From contig CBDBOV010000001.1 in the NCBI GenBank assembly GCA_965208575.1, positions 352,001-416,000 of the forward strand: a DNA stretch of 64,000 bases. The letters are read 5' to 3'. Every line of letters begins with the position of its first letter. Within the stretch, counting starts at the first letter, position 1. The notes under the pieces were generated by a model. That model had not been told where the DNA came from. It made no database searches and saw nothing but the letters and a program-made list of their open reading frames with translations. The DNA is from Spirochaetia bacterium. GTDB taxonomy: Bacteria > Spirochaetota > Spirochaetia > SZUA-6 > Bin103. A program made the translations under genes and the position numbers. Below are positions 18,318 through 27,715 of this stretch, piece by piece.

Positions 18318-19678
18318 TTCGTCGCGTCTATCCGCCTCTTGAGCGATGCCTCGGCAATCGCCGCGATCTCCCCCATATCGTCTCCGAAGAAGCGGTCGGG
18401 CCAGTTCTCTATTTCGCCAAACTCATTGAGGGAAAGGTCACTGAGTCTCGCTGCGCCAGCATCGTTGCCTACGAAGTAGAGTTTGATATCGGACGAAGCC
18501 GCTTCGCCTTCAGCGGCACGCCGTTGGAAGCGGCGAAGGAGATGCTCGCTGTGGCTCTCCACGACAATTTGCACGTTCCGTCGTCTGGCCACCGAGAGCA
18601 TGACATCGGCCAATCCGCTCTGCACCGAGGGATGCAGATGGATCTCCGGCTGCTCCATGAGCACGATCGAGCCCTCAGGTACATAGTACAACAGCACAAG
18701 CACGGGCAAGACTTGGGACACTCCGAAGCCGACATCAGTCAGCATCGTTTCCGGACTGGACTTATTCACTCGCACTCGGGCGTGATAGTAACTTGATCCT
18801 TGCGCGATCTCCTGGATCTCGAATGATTCGATCAGGCCGAGTTCGCGCAGCCAATGAGCAATCATCTCCTGGAACGTCATGAGGCGCATTCGCCATTGAA
18901 GGTTCCTCAACTCATTGTTAGCTGTGGCGGCCAGAATGGCGTCAATCGTGCGTTCTCCAGCACGCCCAACATCCTGGGGACCGACGCCGGACCATCGATA
19001 CTCGCGTTGAGGATGCTCGCGAAGAGGGCCAAGATAGTAGATACGGTCCATCAACCCCTCATATTCGGTTTCGAAGTCGCTGAGAAAACCTGTATCCTGA
19101 AATAGTGTTCGCACTCGGTCGGGGAAAAGATGCGTCTTGACCGGGCCTGGTAGCGCCCAACCACGGCCTCGGTTACGAGTAAAATATACCGGATGGTCGC
19201 CATCGGATCGGAGTACGTACTCGGTGCCATCCTCTGACCTAGGCTCGATCGCAAAGTCAGTGTTAGCGAATCGATAACGGAGACGTCGGGCAGTCAGAGT
19301 CGATCGCTTCAGGCCTACAGAACAGTTCAATTGAAGGTTGCGTCCGTGCATGAGAACTGCTGTCCGTTGCCCCGATGGATCGCTGACCTTCAGTGAGTCA
19401 GGAAGTCGCCACCTCAAAGTCCATTCGATATCGACTCTCTCGTCTCCGTTGTGGACAACATCCTGGAATCGTCCGAGGTTGACCAGCTCTGTGGGACCGC
19501 CAAAATCCAGTACCAAGCTCCGGTCGGTCGCGTTTTTTGTCTGCTTGAGCAAGAGCAGGAACTGAAGCAGGCTGCTCTTTCCGGAGCTGTTCGTACCGAA
19601 GACTCCGGTGATCCGGCCCAGCGGTATTCTCAGTCTACGCCATGCTTTGAAGTTGGTGAGGTGGAGTTCCTTCAACAT
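18314..19678 (-). CDS. ABC-type ATPase (AAA_15/AAA_21) with DUF3696-like C-terminus
   Basis: LTNFKAW, Walker A GTNSSGKSS, YLGPLR, DVGFGVSQVLP, Walker B LMEQPEIHLHP, VESHSEH, and C-terminal LNEFGEIENWPDRFF. Confidence 0.9.
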   Translation of the reverse strand: MLKELHLTNFKAWRRLRIPLGRITGVFGTNSSGKSSLLQFLLLLKQTKNATDRSLVLDFGGPTELVNLGRFQDVVHNGDERVDIEWTLRWRLPDSLKVSDPSGQRTAVLMHGRNLQLNCSVGLKRSTLTARRLRYRFANTDFAIEPRSEDGTEYVLRSDGDHPVYFTRNRGRGWALPGPVKTHLFPDRVRTLFQDTGFLSDFETEYEGLMDRIYYLGPLREHPQREYRWSGVGPQDVGRAGERTIDAILAATANNELRNLQWRMRLMTFQEMIAHWLRELGLIESFEIQEIAQGSSYYHARVRVNKSSPETMLTDVGFGVSQVLPVLVLLYYVPEGSIVLMEQPEIHLHPSVQSGLADVMLSVARRRNVQIVVESHSEHLLRRFQRRAAEGEAASSDIKLYFVGNDAGAARLSDLSLNEFGEIENWPDRFFGDDMGEIAAIAEASLKRRIDATK

Positions 19679-19686
19679 CCGTCGTT

Positions 19687-19714
19687 CTCCTATGTATAGG
19701 CGGCGAGTATATCA
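19687..19714 (-). promoter_or_regulatory. Extended -10 and RBS of the ATPase-PIN-ligase operon
   Basis: TGaTATACT (19714-19706) and AGGAG upstream of ATG 19678 on the minus strand. Confidence 0.5.
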
Positions 19715-19718
19715 CTTC

Positions 19719-20445
19719 TCATCGGATTAGATTCTGACTCCCAGGGAAGGGGTTGGTGCCCCAGATGTCGAGGTCGCGGACCAGGGTGCGGCCGGGAAGG
19801 CGGGCGAGGTGGACGATGGTGGCGGCGATGTCGGCGGCATGCAGGTAGATGCCGGGGGCCGTGCGGCGGGGTGGTGTCCTCGCCGGTGTCGGTCTGGCTC
19901 GGGTTGATCACCATGACCCGGATGTTGGAGCGGCGCACGTCGTACAGCAGCGCTTGCGCGAAGCCGTGCAGGCCGAACTTGCTGGCCGAGTAGGCGGCGG
20001 TGCCGGGGTCGGCCTTCTTGCCGTTCATTGAACTTATGATGAAGATGTCGCCGCGCTCCTTGCGCAGCATGCCCGGCAGGAACTTGCGCGTGGTGTAGAA
20101 AACGCCGGTCAGGTTGACGTCGATCACCCGCTGCCACGCCTCCAGCGACATGCTCTGCACCGGGCCGCCTCCGCCGCCGCCAGCGTTGTTCACGAGGATG
20201 TCGGGCGCGCTCCAGGTCTCCTCGACGGTGCGGGCGAGCGCTTCGATCGCGCGGGGGTCCGCCTGGTCGCACACCACGGGCATGCATTCGCCGTCGATGG
20301 ACGCAGCCGCCGGCTGCAGGCGCGCGGGCGAGCGCCCCGTCATCACCACGCGTGCCCCCGCCGCCGCGAACGCGCGCGCGATGTGCAGGCCGATCCCCCG
20401 GCTGGCGCCGGTCACGACGGCGACCTTGTCAGTCAGATCATACAT
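19719..20445 (-). pseudogene. SDR oxidoreductase with +1 frameshift near the 3' end (real or sequencing error)
   Basis: TGASRGIG, NNAG and YSASK. Removing one base from the G5 run at 19854-19858 restores HGPGIYLHAADIAATIVHLARLPGRTLVRDLDIW. Confidence 0.8.
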
Positions 20446-20550
20446 GGTCCCGCACCATACTCGTTTCGCGTAGGCACGGTCACTTCGCGGCTTCTTGCCG
20501 TCCCGCACTGGGCCCCGCAGTGGCGGACGACCCGAGCACTTGGACTTCGG

Positions 20551-21666
20551 CTACGGCGTGCCGAGGGCGGCGCTGGAGCGCGGCGGGTCGGCGGAGGGGG
20601 TGCGCGGAAGGCGGTCGGCGACGGCGGGGAGCGGAGGCACCGGGCACGGTCCCTTCTGGTACCAGTAGGCGGTGGAGGAGTAGTCGTCGGCGCGGTGGTT
20701 GTTGTGGCCGTGTTCGAGGGTGACGCGGATGCTGCGCCGGAACGGGATGGGGTCGGGCACGTGCCAGCGGTACATCGACCAGCGGCCTTCCCAGTCGCGG
20801 TGGCCGTGGTTGTACAGCGAGGTGCCGAAGTACGGGTACTGCACGTCCTGCATCCCCCAGCCCTGGCCGAAGTACTCCTCCTGGCCGGTGCCGTGCAGGG
20901 AGCCGGGAAACGGTTCGCCGTCGACGAACACCATGTCGTCGCCCTCGCCCCACCAGCCGCCGGCGTGGTTGTCCACGCTCAGGTGGCAGCCGAAGTAGGT
21001 GCCCTCGCCGGTGGTGTCCAGGATCACGTAGTTGCTGTCGCCGGTCAGGTTGGGGCCTTCCTTGCCGCCGGGTTCGAGCGCCGTCGGCTCGCACGGCATC
21101 TCGCAGCGCCAGCTCGCGTGGAAGTGGTACAGGCCCGCCGGCAGGCGCTCGCAGCGCTGGTAGTCGACGTGCCAGAACGCACGCAGGTCCTGCTCGCCCT
21201 CGTTGCACAGCACGACCCGGGCGCGGTTCAGGAACGGCATGCGGAACCAGGAGATGAGCGAGCCGCGTCCGTCGCCCGGGTGGGCGCTGACCTCGACCAG
21301 GGCGCTGCTGAAGCTGCGCATCGCGCCATGGCCGAGCGCGAAGAAGTCGCCGACCGGCACGTCCACGCTCGGATAGTCGGCGCCGTCCCAGGAGATGCGC
21401 AGCGCGGTCTTGCGCAGCAGCAGGGGGTCGGAGACCTTCAGGCGATGTCCGCGTGACGCCGCGACTCCGGTATCGATGGCGAACCAGAGCCGGGTGATGA
21501 ATCCGCATCCGTGAATGTCGGCCAGCAGCAGCTCGTCGCCAGCGCCGACGGCGCGCCAGTCGCGGTTCAAGCCGTCGCGCGACCAGCTTGCCTCCCGCCC
21601 GGCCGTGAACGGCAGTGGGCGCCAGGGTTCGGCATGGTGGATGGAGGGCATGGCTTGTTCAATCAT
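20551..21666 (-). CDS. DUF2961 / glycoside hydrolase family 172 protein
   Basis: LRISWDG...PSVDVPVGDFF, RMPF, WWGEGDD, HGTGQEEYF, YRWHVPDPIPF and YSSTAYWYQ. Confidence 0.9.
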   Translation of the reverse strand: MIEQAMPSIHHAEPWRPLPFTAGREASWSRDGLNRDWRAVGAGDELLLADIHGCGFITRLWFAIDTGVAASRGHRLKVSDPLLLRKTALRISWDGADYPSVDVPVGDFFALGHGAMRSFSSALVEVSAHPGDGRGSLISWFRMPFLNRARVVLCNEGEQDLRAFWHVDYQRCERLPAGLYHFHASWRCEMPCEPTALEPGGKEGPNLTGDSNYVILDTTGEGTYFGCHLSVDNHAGGWWGEGDDMVFVDGEPFPGSLHGTGQEEYFGQGWGMQDVQYPYFGTSLYNHGHRDWEGRWSMYRWHVPDPIPFRRSIRVTLEHGHNNHRADDYSSTAYWYQKGPCPVPPLPAVADRLPRTPSADPPRSSAALGTP

Positions 21667-21849
21667 TCTCTGCTCCGGTCGGGATGGACTCGCGCGCAGT
21701 GTTTCAATAGCTTAAGCGGCAACGCACGCGGTTGCGCAGCGCGGTTCGGAACGTACCGCCAGGCCGCACCAGCGACCGCTATTCAATCATAAACAATAAG
21801 TTACCGGTGTGCGGATCCGCTCGACCCGGTTAACTGTCCAGGAGAAGTC

Positions 21850-23043
21850 ATGAACCTCGTCGATACCGGATTCGTTCTCATCTGCTCGGCGCTCGTCTTT
21901 CTGATGACGCCGGGCCTCGCGTTCTTCTACGGCGGACTGGTCGGGCGCCACAACACCCTCACCATCATGGCCCAGAACCTGATCGCGCTCGGCCTGGTGA
22001 GCGCCGTGTGGATCGTGATCGGCTTCTCGCTCGCGTTCGGCGACACCGTCGGCGGCATCATCGGCGACCTCAAGTACTGGCTGTTCCGGATCCCGGTGGA
22101 CGAGGTGTTCGGCGAGACCACGATTCCCACCTGGACCTTCTTCCTGTTCCAGATGATGTTCGCGGTCATCACGCCGGCGCTGATCACCGGCGCGTTCGTC
22201 GACCGCTTCCGCTTCAGCAGCTACCTGATCTTCATCTGCCTGTGGAGCGTGCTGGTGTACTCGGTGCTGGCGCACTGGGTATGGGGCGGCGGCCTGCTGG
22301 CCCAGCTCGGCGCGCTCGACTTCGCCGGCGGCACCGTGGTGCACATCTCGGCCGGCATGGCCGCCCTGGCCACCGTCAGCGTCCTGGGGGCGCGCCACAC
22401 CCACACGCCGCCGCACGACATCCGGTTCGTGGCGCTGGGCGCCGCGCTGCTGTGGTTCGGCTGGTTCGGTTTCAACGGGGGCAGCGCGCTGTCGCCCAAT
22501 GAGATCGCCTCGGTCGCCTTCATCAACACCGACATCTCCGCGTCCACCGCGATGGTCACCTGGATGCTGCTGTCGTGGCGCCACAAGGGCAAGCCGAGCA
22601 TCATCGGCGCGCTCACCGGCGCGATCGCCGGCCTGATCGCCATCACCCCGGCCGCCGGCTTCGTGACCCCCGGCTGGGCGGCGCTGATCGGCGTGCTCGC
22701 CGGGGCGGTGTGCTACGGCGCGGTCATTTTCAAGGAGAAGATGGGCTGGGACGACGCGCTCGACGTGTGGGCCGTGCACGGCGTGGGCGGCATCCTCGGC
22801 TCGATTCTGACCGGCATGTTCGCGACTCCGGAGACCGGCGCCGCCGGGCTGGTGTACGGCGGCGTGGGCCTGTTCTTCGCCAACCTGGCCGCCACCGCGA
22901 TCAGCATGGCGTACGCGTTCGGCATGACCTGGCTCATCCTGAAGGTGCTCGGCGCCATCAAGCGCCTGAAGCCGGAAACCGACGAGCTGGAAGCCGGCCT
23001 CGACCTCACCTTCCACGGCGAACGCGCCCTCGACCACGACTGA
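21850..23043 (+). CDS. amt: Ammonium transporter
   Basis: MTPGLAFFYGG, DFAGGTVVH, LWFGWFGFNGGS and DDALDVWAVHG (twin His); AGGAG RBS. Confidence 0.96.
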   Translation: MNLVDTGFVLICSALVFLMTPGLAFFYGGLVGRHNTLTIMAQNLIALGLVSAVWIVIGFSLAFGDTVGGIIGDLKYWLFRIPVDEVFGETTIPTWTFFLFQMMFAVITPALITGAFVDRFRFSSYLIFICLWSVLVYSVLAHWVWGGGLLAQLGALDFAGGTVVHISAGMAALATVSVLGARHTHTPPHDIRFVALGAALLWFGWFGFNGGSALSPNEIASVAFINTDISASTAMVTWMLLSWRHKGKPSIIGALTGAIAGLIAITPAAGFVTPGWAALIGVLAGAVCYGAVIFKEKMGWDDALDVWAVHGVGGILGSILTGMFATPETGAAGLVYGGVGLFFANLAATAISMAYAFGMTWLILKVLGAIKRLKPETDELEAGLDLTFHGERALDHD

Positions 23044-23063
23044 CCGGGCGCGAGTCGCCACGG

Positions 23064-23104
23064 CTGGCGGCGGGGCGACACGGCTCGCTTCGGCCGCCGC
23101 CGCC
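23064..23104. terminator. GC-rich hairpin between convergent genes
   Basis: tggcggcgg...ccgccgcca inverted repeat; no U-tract. Confidence 0.3.
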
Positions 23105-23181
23105 ATGACTACGGAACAGTTGGCAACGAATCTGTAGCCAAGACTCTGTCGGAGCCCGCCTCCGACGGCTTCTGCCTCCGT

Positions 23182-23617
23182 TCAAGAACCGGGCACTCCC
23201 GTTGCGATGTACCGTTCCCATGCGTGTCGCGGCGACCACACGACCACCGGCCCACGGCAGGCAGCCGGGAAGTGGGCCAGATTCCCCGTAACGAGCGTCC
23301 GTGCCGAGGTCTGAATCGCGACCTCCAGGAACATCGTGTCATCCCCGTCGGGCGGTGCCGAACCGGACCACGGAAGCGCGGTAACGTGTGCTTGAAACTG
23401 GAAGATGGCCTGAACGGCGGCCTGCCGGACGGCAGGTATGCCAAGTTTGGGCCGCGCGAGAACCTCGCGATATTCGGCCTCGATGCGGTCGTCGATCGCG
23501 ATCCGGAGATGCCGGCCGAGCAGCGCATCGACGAGGCGCCCGGGCGGTCCGAATGGTGACAGAAGTCCGGAAACCAGGACGTTTGGTGTCCAGAACCCAG
23601 ACCGGAGCGCCGCTCAA
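23182..23617 (-). pseudogene. PIN-family TA toxin with +1 frameshift
   Basis: Removing one base from the T3 run at 23582-23584 gives WVLDTNVLVSGLLSPFGPP...EAEYREVLARPK...PDGDDTMFLEVA...LVTGNLAHFP*. Confidence 0.85.
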
Positions 23618-23913
23618 ATGCCGTCTTTGCGCGTCCGCGAGCGTCGCACCTCTCTGATCTCCCGATCGATATCCGCGCTGCTCAATCCGTCCTTACCGCC
23701 GGCACGAGCCTGAGACCGAATCTCTCGCACTGCCCGGCGTGCCCGCGCGAACACCAATTCCTGTACGTCCTCCAACAGCGTTGCATCGCTGGTCGGGACC
23801 ATGATGCTGCGAGGCAACCCATCCTTGGTGATCACGATAGCGCCCTCGCGCTCAAGGTCCTCCCAGACCCTCCCGGGGCGGGCGGCGAGTGTACGTGAAG
23901 GGATCATCTTCAT
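23614..23913 (-). CDS. Phd/YefM-like antitoxin
   Basis: IPSRTLAARPGRVWEDLEREGAIVITKDGLP; stop overlaps the toxin TTG start. Confidence 0.8.
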   Translation of the reverse strand: MKMIPSRTLAARPGRVWEDLEREGAIVITKDGLPRSIMVPTSDATLLEDVQELVFARARRAVREIRSQARAGGKDGLSSADIDREIREVRRSRTRKDGI

Positions 23914-23946
23914 GTGCTCTACAATCCTGCAATCAATCGCAGAGCG

Positions 23947-25173
23947 TCAACCAGAAGTGAGGCGGAGTTTGGTGAGGCCGCGGATGACGAAGGTGGGGTG
24001 GTAGACGGGTTCGGTGGCGAGTTCGATGTCGGGGAAGTTGGCCACCAGGTCGGCGAGGGCGATGGCCAGTTCGTGGCGGGCGAGGGGGGCGCCGACGCAG
24101 AAGTGGATGCCGCCGCCGAAGCCGATGTGGGTGGGGTCGCCGCGCGCCACGTCGAAACGGTCGGGGCGGTGGAAACGGCGCGGGTCACGCTGCGCCGAGC
24201 CGAACAGCATGGCGACCTGCTCGCCCACCGCCAGCGGTTGGCCGGCGATCTGCACGCCCGGCTCCAGCACCCAGCGTGCGAACATCTGGAGAGGGGAATC
24301 CCAGCGCAGCAGCTCCTCCACCGCGGTGGCGGCGTCCACCTCGCCGGTGACGAGGCGCCGCCACTGGTCGCGGTGCTCCAAGAGCGCCTTCATGCCGTTG
24401 CCCATGGTGTTGACCGTGGCCTCGTGGCCGGCCTCCAGCAGCACCATGGTGGTGGACACGATCTCGTCGTCGCTGAGCCGCTCGCCGTCCTCGGAGACCT
24501 GAGCCAGTTGCGAGACCAGCCGCTCGTCCGGTGAGCGCCGCTTGGCCGCGATCAGCTCGCGGGTGTAGTCGATGAACGCACCGGCGGCGGCGTTCGCGCG
24601 CGTCTTCAGGTCGTCGGGCGCCGACAGCTCGTACATCTTGACGATGGCGTGCGACCAGTCCAGCAGGCGCTGCGTGTCGGCGCGCGGCACGCCGAGCACC
24701 TCGCCGACCACCGCCACCGAGTAGCGCTGCGCGTAGTCGGCCAGCAGGTCGAACGTCCCCATCTCCCGGCAGCGGTCGAGCAGTTCCCGCGACAGCCCGG
24801 CGATCACCGGTGTCAGGCGCGTCACCGAGCGGGACGTGAACACCTTGGAGACCAGCTTGCGGATGCGGGTGTGGTCGGGTGGCTCCAGGCTCAGCAGCGA
24901 CCAGCGCTCGTGCCGGTGGAACGCGGCCCAGCGCGGGTCGGGTTCCGGCTGGCCCAGTTCGGCGTGGCGGTAGCGGTGGTGGTAGACGCGGCCCATGCGG
25001 CGGTCGCGCAGCGTCTCGTACACATCGGCGAACCGCGTCAGCATCCACTGCCCGGTTTCTTCGTTACGGAAGATCGGCGTCGCCTCCCGCACTCTCCCCA
25101 GCGCCGGATACGGATCGGCCAGGAACCCGGGATCGTAGAAGTTCAGCTCGGCCGCCGGATCCATCGTCGCCAT
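23947..25173 (-). CDS. Cytochrome P450
   Basis: EPPDHTRIRKLV, AGHEAT, EELLR and heme motif FGGGIHFCVG. Confidence 0.96.
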   Translation of the reverse strand: MATMDPAAELNFYDPGFLADPYPALGRVREATPIFRNEETGQWMLTRFADVYETLRDRRMGRVYHHRYRHAELGQPEPDPRWAAFHRHERWSLLSLEPPDHTRIRKLVSKVFTSRSVTRLTPVIAGLSRELLDRCREMGTFDLLADYAQRYSVAVVGEVLGVPRADTQRLLDWSHAIVKMYELSAPDDLKTRANAAAGAFIDYTRELIAAKRRSPDERLVSQLAQVSEDGERLSDDEIVSTTMVLLEAGHEATVNTMGNGMKALLEHRDQWRRLVTGEVDAATAVEELLRWDSPLQMFARWVLEPGVQIAGQPLAVGEQVAMLFGSAQRDPRRFHRPDRFDVARGDPTHIGFGGGIHFCVGAPLARHELAIALADLVANFPDIELATEPVYHPTFVIRGLTKLRLTSG

Positions 25174-25283
25174 CCAACGACTCCTATGCTATCGTAGCCT
25201 TCGTCGACGGTTCACCCCGTTCAAGGTTGAGTTCAGCCATGTCTATCCGGGCGAACTGGTGGTGCTGCGCGCCGGGTGGGCGG

Positions 25284-26126
25284 TTATAGCTCGGATTCGT
25301 CGTCGAAGTCGTCGTCGAACGGGGACGAGGCCATCATCATGGCGTTGTCGGCGGCGTCGGCGATGTCGGTGTCTTCGGAGTCGCTCAGTTCGGCGAGCAG
25401 CGGCTCCGCCTCTCGTGGACGGATGGCGCCGGCCGCTTCTATGGCGGCGAGCAGGAGCACTTTGTCGGTGGCCGGCGCGGTGAGCAGGGCGGATACGTGG
25501 GGCCAAGCGGCATCGATTTCCCAGTTGCCGGCGGCCCATACCGCTTCGTAGCTGATCTCTTCGTCGGGGTCGTCGAGCGAGGTGACGACCTCGTCGTCGA
25601 AGCCGCTCACGAACCGCATCGCGAACACCGCGGTGAGCCGCCAATCGCGGTCGTCACCGGAGTATGCCGCTCGGATCGCGTCCCGGTGCCAGTCGGCGGG
25701 AGCGCGCACCGAGGCTTCCAGGATGCGGCGCCGCACTTCCTTCGGGATGCCGTCTTCCAGGTAGCGGGCGTGGAGCGACTGCCGGATTCTGTGGAACGTG
25801 TGTTCGGAGATCGGCGGGGCGTCGAACGAATCGTCGTCGAGGCCGGGCAGGTCGCCGATGCTGTCCGTGTCCATCTGCTCCAGGACCGGTCCGAGCGACA
25901 GCGCCGCCCGGCTGCGCAGCTCCTCCGAGGCGGCGGCGTCGCCGACGATCGACAGCAGGCCGCCGGCGAGGTCGTCGTTGATGGCCACGATCTCGCCGGC
26001 CATTTCGGCCGCCAGGAGGTGGTCAGATTCGTCCGCCTCCCGGTCGCGCAGAACCGCGAGCAACGTGTTGGCGATGTCCGGGGGCCAATTCCAGGGCGGG
26101 AAGTTCGCAAGCCGCTTCAGATCCAT
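25284..26126 (-). CDS. HEAT-repeat protein
   Basis: Repeated helical units LRSRAALSLG, WRLTAVFAM, YEAVWAAG and LAAIEAAG; acidic tail. Confidence 0.7.
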   Translation of the reverse strand: MDLKRLANFPPWNWPPDIANTLLAVLRDREADESDHLLAAEMAGEIVAINDDLAGGLLSIVGDAAASEELRSRAALSLGPVLEQMDTDSIGDLPGLDDDSFDAPPISEHTFHRIRQSLHARYLEDGIPKEVRRRILEASVRAPADWHRDAIRAAYSGDDRDWRLTAVFAMRFVSGFDDEVVTSLDDPDEEISYEAVWAAGNWEIDAAWPHVSALLTAPATDKVLLLAAIEAAGAIRPREAEPLLAELSDSEDTDIADAADNAMMMASSPFDDDFDDESEL

Positions 26127-26136
26127 ACGCCCGACC

Positions 26137-27162
26137 TCACGATGAGCCGGTCGACAGGAGATTGATCTGCGGCTCGTACAGTTCCTCCAGGTAGTCGATT
26201 TCTTCCGCGGCCAGCGTGAGGGAGGCGCCGGCGGCCAGGTCTTCGAGCTGGGCCGCGCGCGAAACGCCGACGACGGGGGCGGCGATTCCGGGTTTGCCGA
26301 GCAGCCAGGCGATGCTGACCTGGGCCTGCGAGGCGCCGTGCTTGCGCGCCACCTCGGCGACCCGGTCGGCGATACGGAAGGCGCTCTGGCCGCCGTACAG
26401 CATTTCGCTGCGCTCCCGGTCGCGGCCGTGGGAGCGGGTGGTCGATCCCTGGTCGAATCCGCCCCGGTAGGAGCCGGTCAGCACGCCGCGCGCCAGCGGC
26501 GACCAGGGGGTGAGCGCGACGCCTGTGTTGACGCAGTAGGGATTCATCTCCCGCTCTTCTTCCCGGTAGAGCAGGTTGTAGTGGTTCTGCATGGCCACGA
26601 AGCGGGGCCAGCCGTGCATGCGGGCGGTGAGCTGCAACTCCGCGAACTGCCAGGCGAACATCGACGAGGCGGCCAGGTAGAGCGCCTTGCCGGCGCGTAC
26701 CACGTCGTGCAGCGCCTCCAGCGTCTCCTCGATCGGCACGGCCGGGAATCCCGCCACGCCGTGGGGATGGCGGTGGATCACCAGCACGTCGACGTAGTCG
26801 TGGCCCAGCCGCCGGAGGCTGGCGTCCACCCCTTCGATGATGTGCTTGCGCGACAGGCCGCCCTGATGGGGGCCGTCACCCATCGGCATGGCGACCTTGG
26901 TCTGCGACACGTACTCGTCGCGGTGCAGCAACTCCCTGAGGAGGCGGCCCACCACCGCCTCGCTGGTGCCGCGGCCGTAGACGTCGGCGCAATCGAAGTA
27001 GAACAGTCCGCGGTCGATCGCGCTTGCCACGATCGCCCGGGCCTGGTCCGGGTCGAGCGCCCAGTCGCCCTGGCTGCCCTGGCCCGGCTGCCCGAAGTTC
27101 ATGGTGCCCAGGCACAGCCGCGATACGGTCAGGCCGCTGCCAAGTTGAACACGCTTCAGCAT
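26137..27162 (-). CDS. Aldo/keto reductase
   Basis: VSRLCLGTMNFG, FDCADVYG, QNHYNLLYRE and PWSPLARG. Confidence 0.95.
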   Translation of the reverse strand: MLKRVQLGSGLTVSRLCLGTMNFGQPGQGSQGDWALDPDQARAIVASAIDRGLFYFDCADVYGRGTSEAVVGRLLRELLHRDEYVSQTKVAMPMGDGPHQGGLSRKHIIEGVDASLRRLGHDYVDVLVIHRHPHGVAGFPAVPIEETLEALHDVVRAGKALYLAASSMFAWQFAELQLTARMHGWPRFVAMQNHYNLLYREEEREMNPYCVNTGVALTPWSPLARGVLTGSYRGGFDQGSTTRSHGRDRERSEMLYGGQSAFRIADRVAEVARKHGASQAQVSIAWLLGKPGIAAPVVGVSRAAQLEDLAAGASLTLAAEEIDYLEELYEPQINLLSTGSS

Positions 27163-27168
27163 CGTCCG

Positions 27169-27654
27169 CTATTCTCCATCAGGATCGACCTTGAGATCCT
27201 TCACCGTCGCTCCGCTCACGTCGCGCAGGCGGGCGGGCGCGATCGGGAACACGCTGACCGGGCTCCCGCCCGCCGCCCACACCTCCGCGAAACGGAACAG
27301 GTCGGCGTCGATGAACACGTCGACCGGCGCGGCGTAGCCCAGAGGAGGAACGCCGCCGATGGCGAACCCGGTGGCCGCCCGCACGAAGTCGGCATCCGCG
27401 CGTCCCACCGGTTCGCCGAGCGCCGCCGTGAGCTTGCCGGTATCGAGCCGGTTGCCGCCGCTCATGATGGCGACGGCCGCGCGGTCGCCGGCGCGAAACA
27501 CCAGCGTCTTGGCGATCTCCGCCACCGAGCAGCCGACCGCGGCCGCCGCCTCCACCGCGGTGCGGGTCGAGCCGGGCAGGATGTGGATCTTGCACTGCAG
27601 GCCGGCCGCCTCGAGCGCGGCGCGCACCCGTTCATGCCCCTTCATTCTTGCCAT
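27169..27654 (-). CDS. YbaK/EbsC family aminoacyl-tRNA deacylase
   Basis: TRTAVEAAAAVGCSVAEIAKTLVF, TGFAIGGVPPLG and VWAAGG. Confidence 0.9.
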   Translation of the reverse strand: MARMKGHERVRAALEAAGLQCKIHILPGSTRTAVEAAAAVGCSVAEIAKTLVFRAGDRAAVAIMSGGNRLDTGKLTAALGEPVGRADADFVRAATGFAIGGVPPLGYAAPVDVFIDADLFRFAEVWAAGGSPVSVFPIAPARLRDVSGATVKDLKVDPDGE

Positions 27655-27715
27655 GTGTCGGCGTGCATTGTAGCCGACGGCACGGTTCAAAGGGAGCACC
27701 CGCGGCGAGGCGGCG

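Noticed and set aside
21667-21849. Sigma54 promoter, glutamine riboswitch or glnK upstream of amt
   Set aside because: acgcacgcggttgc lacks the GG and the correct -24/-12 spacing; no recognisable riboswitch core; no PII ORF.
25174-25283. Possible coding remnant PFKVEFSHVYPGELVVL
   Set aside because: Too short, with no start codon and no diagnostic motif.
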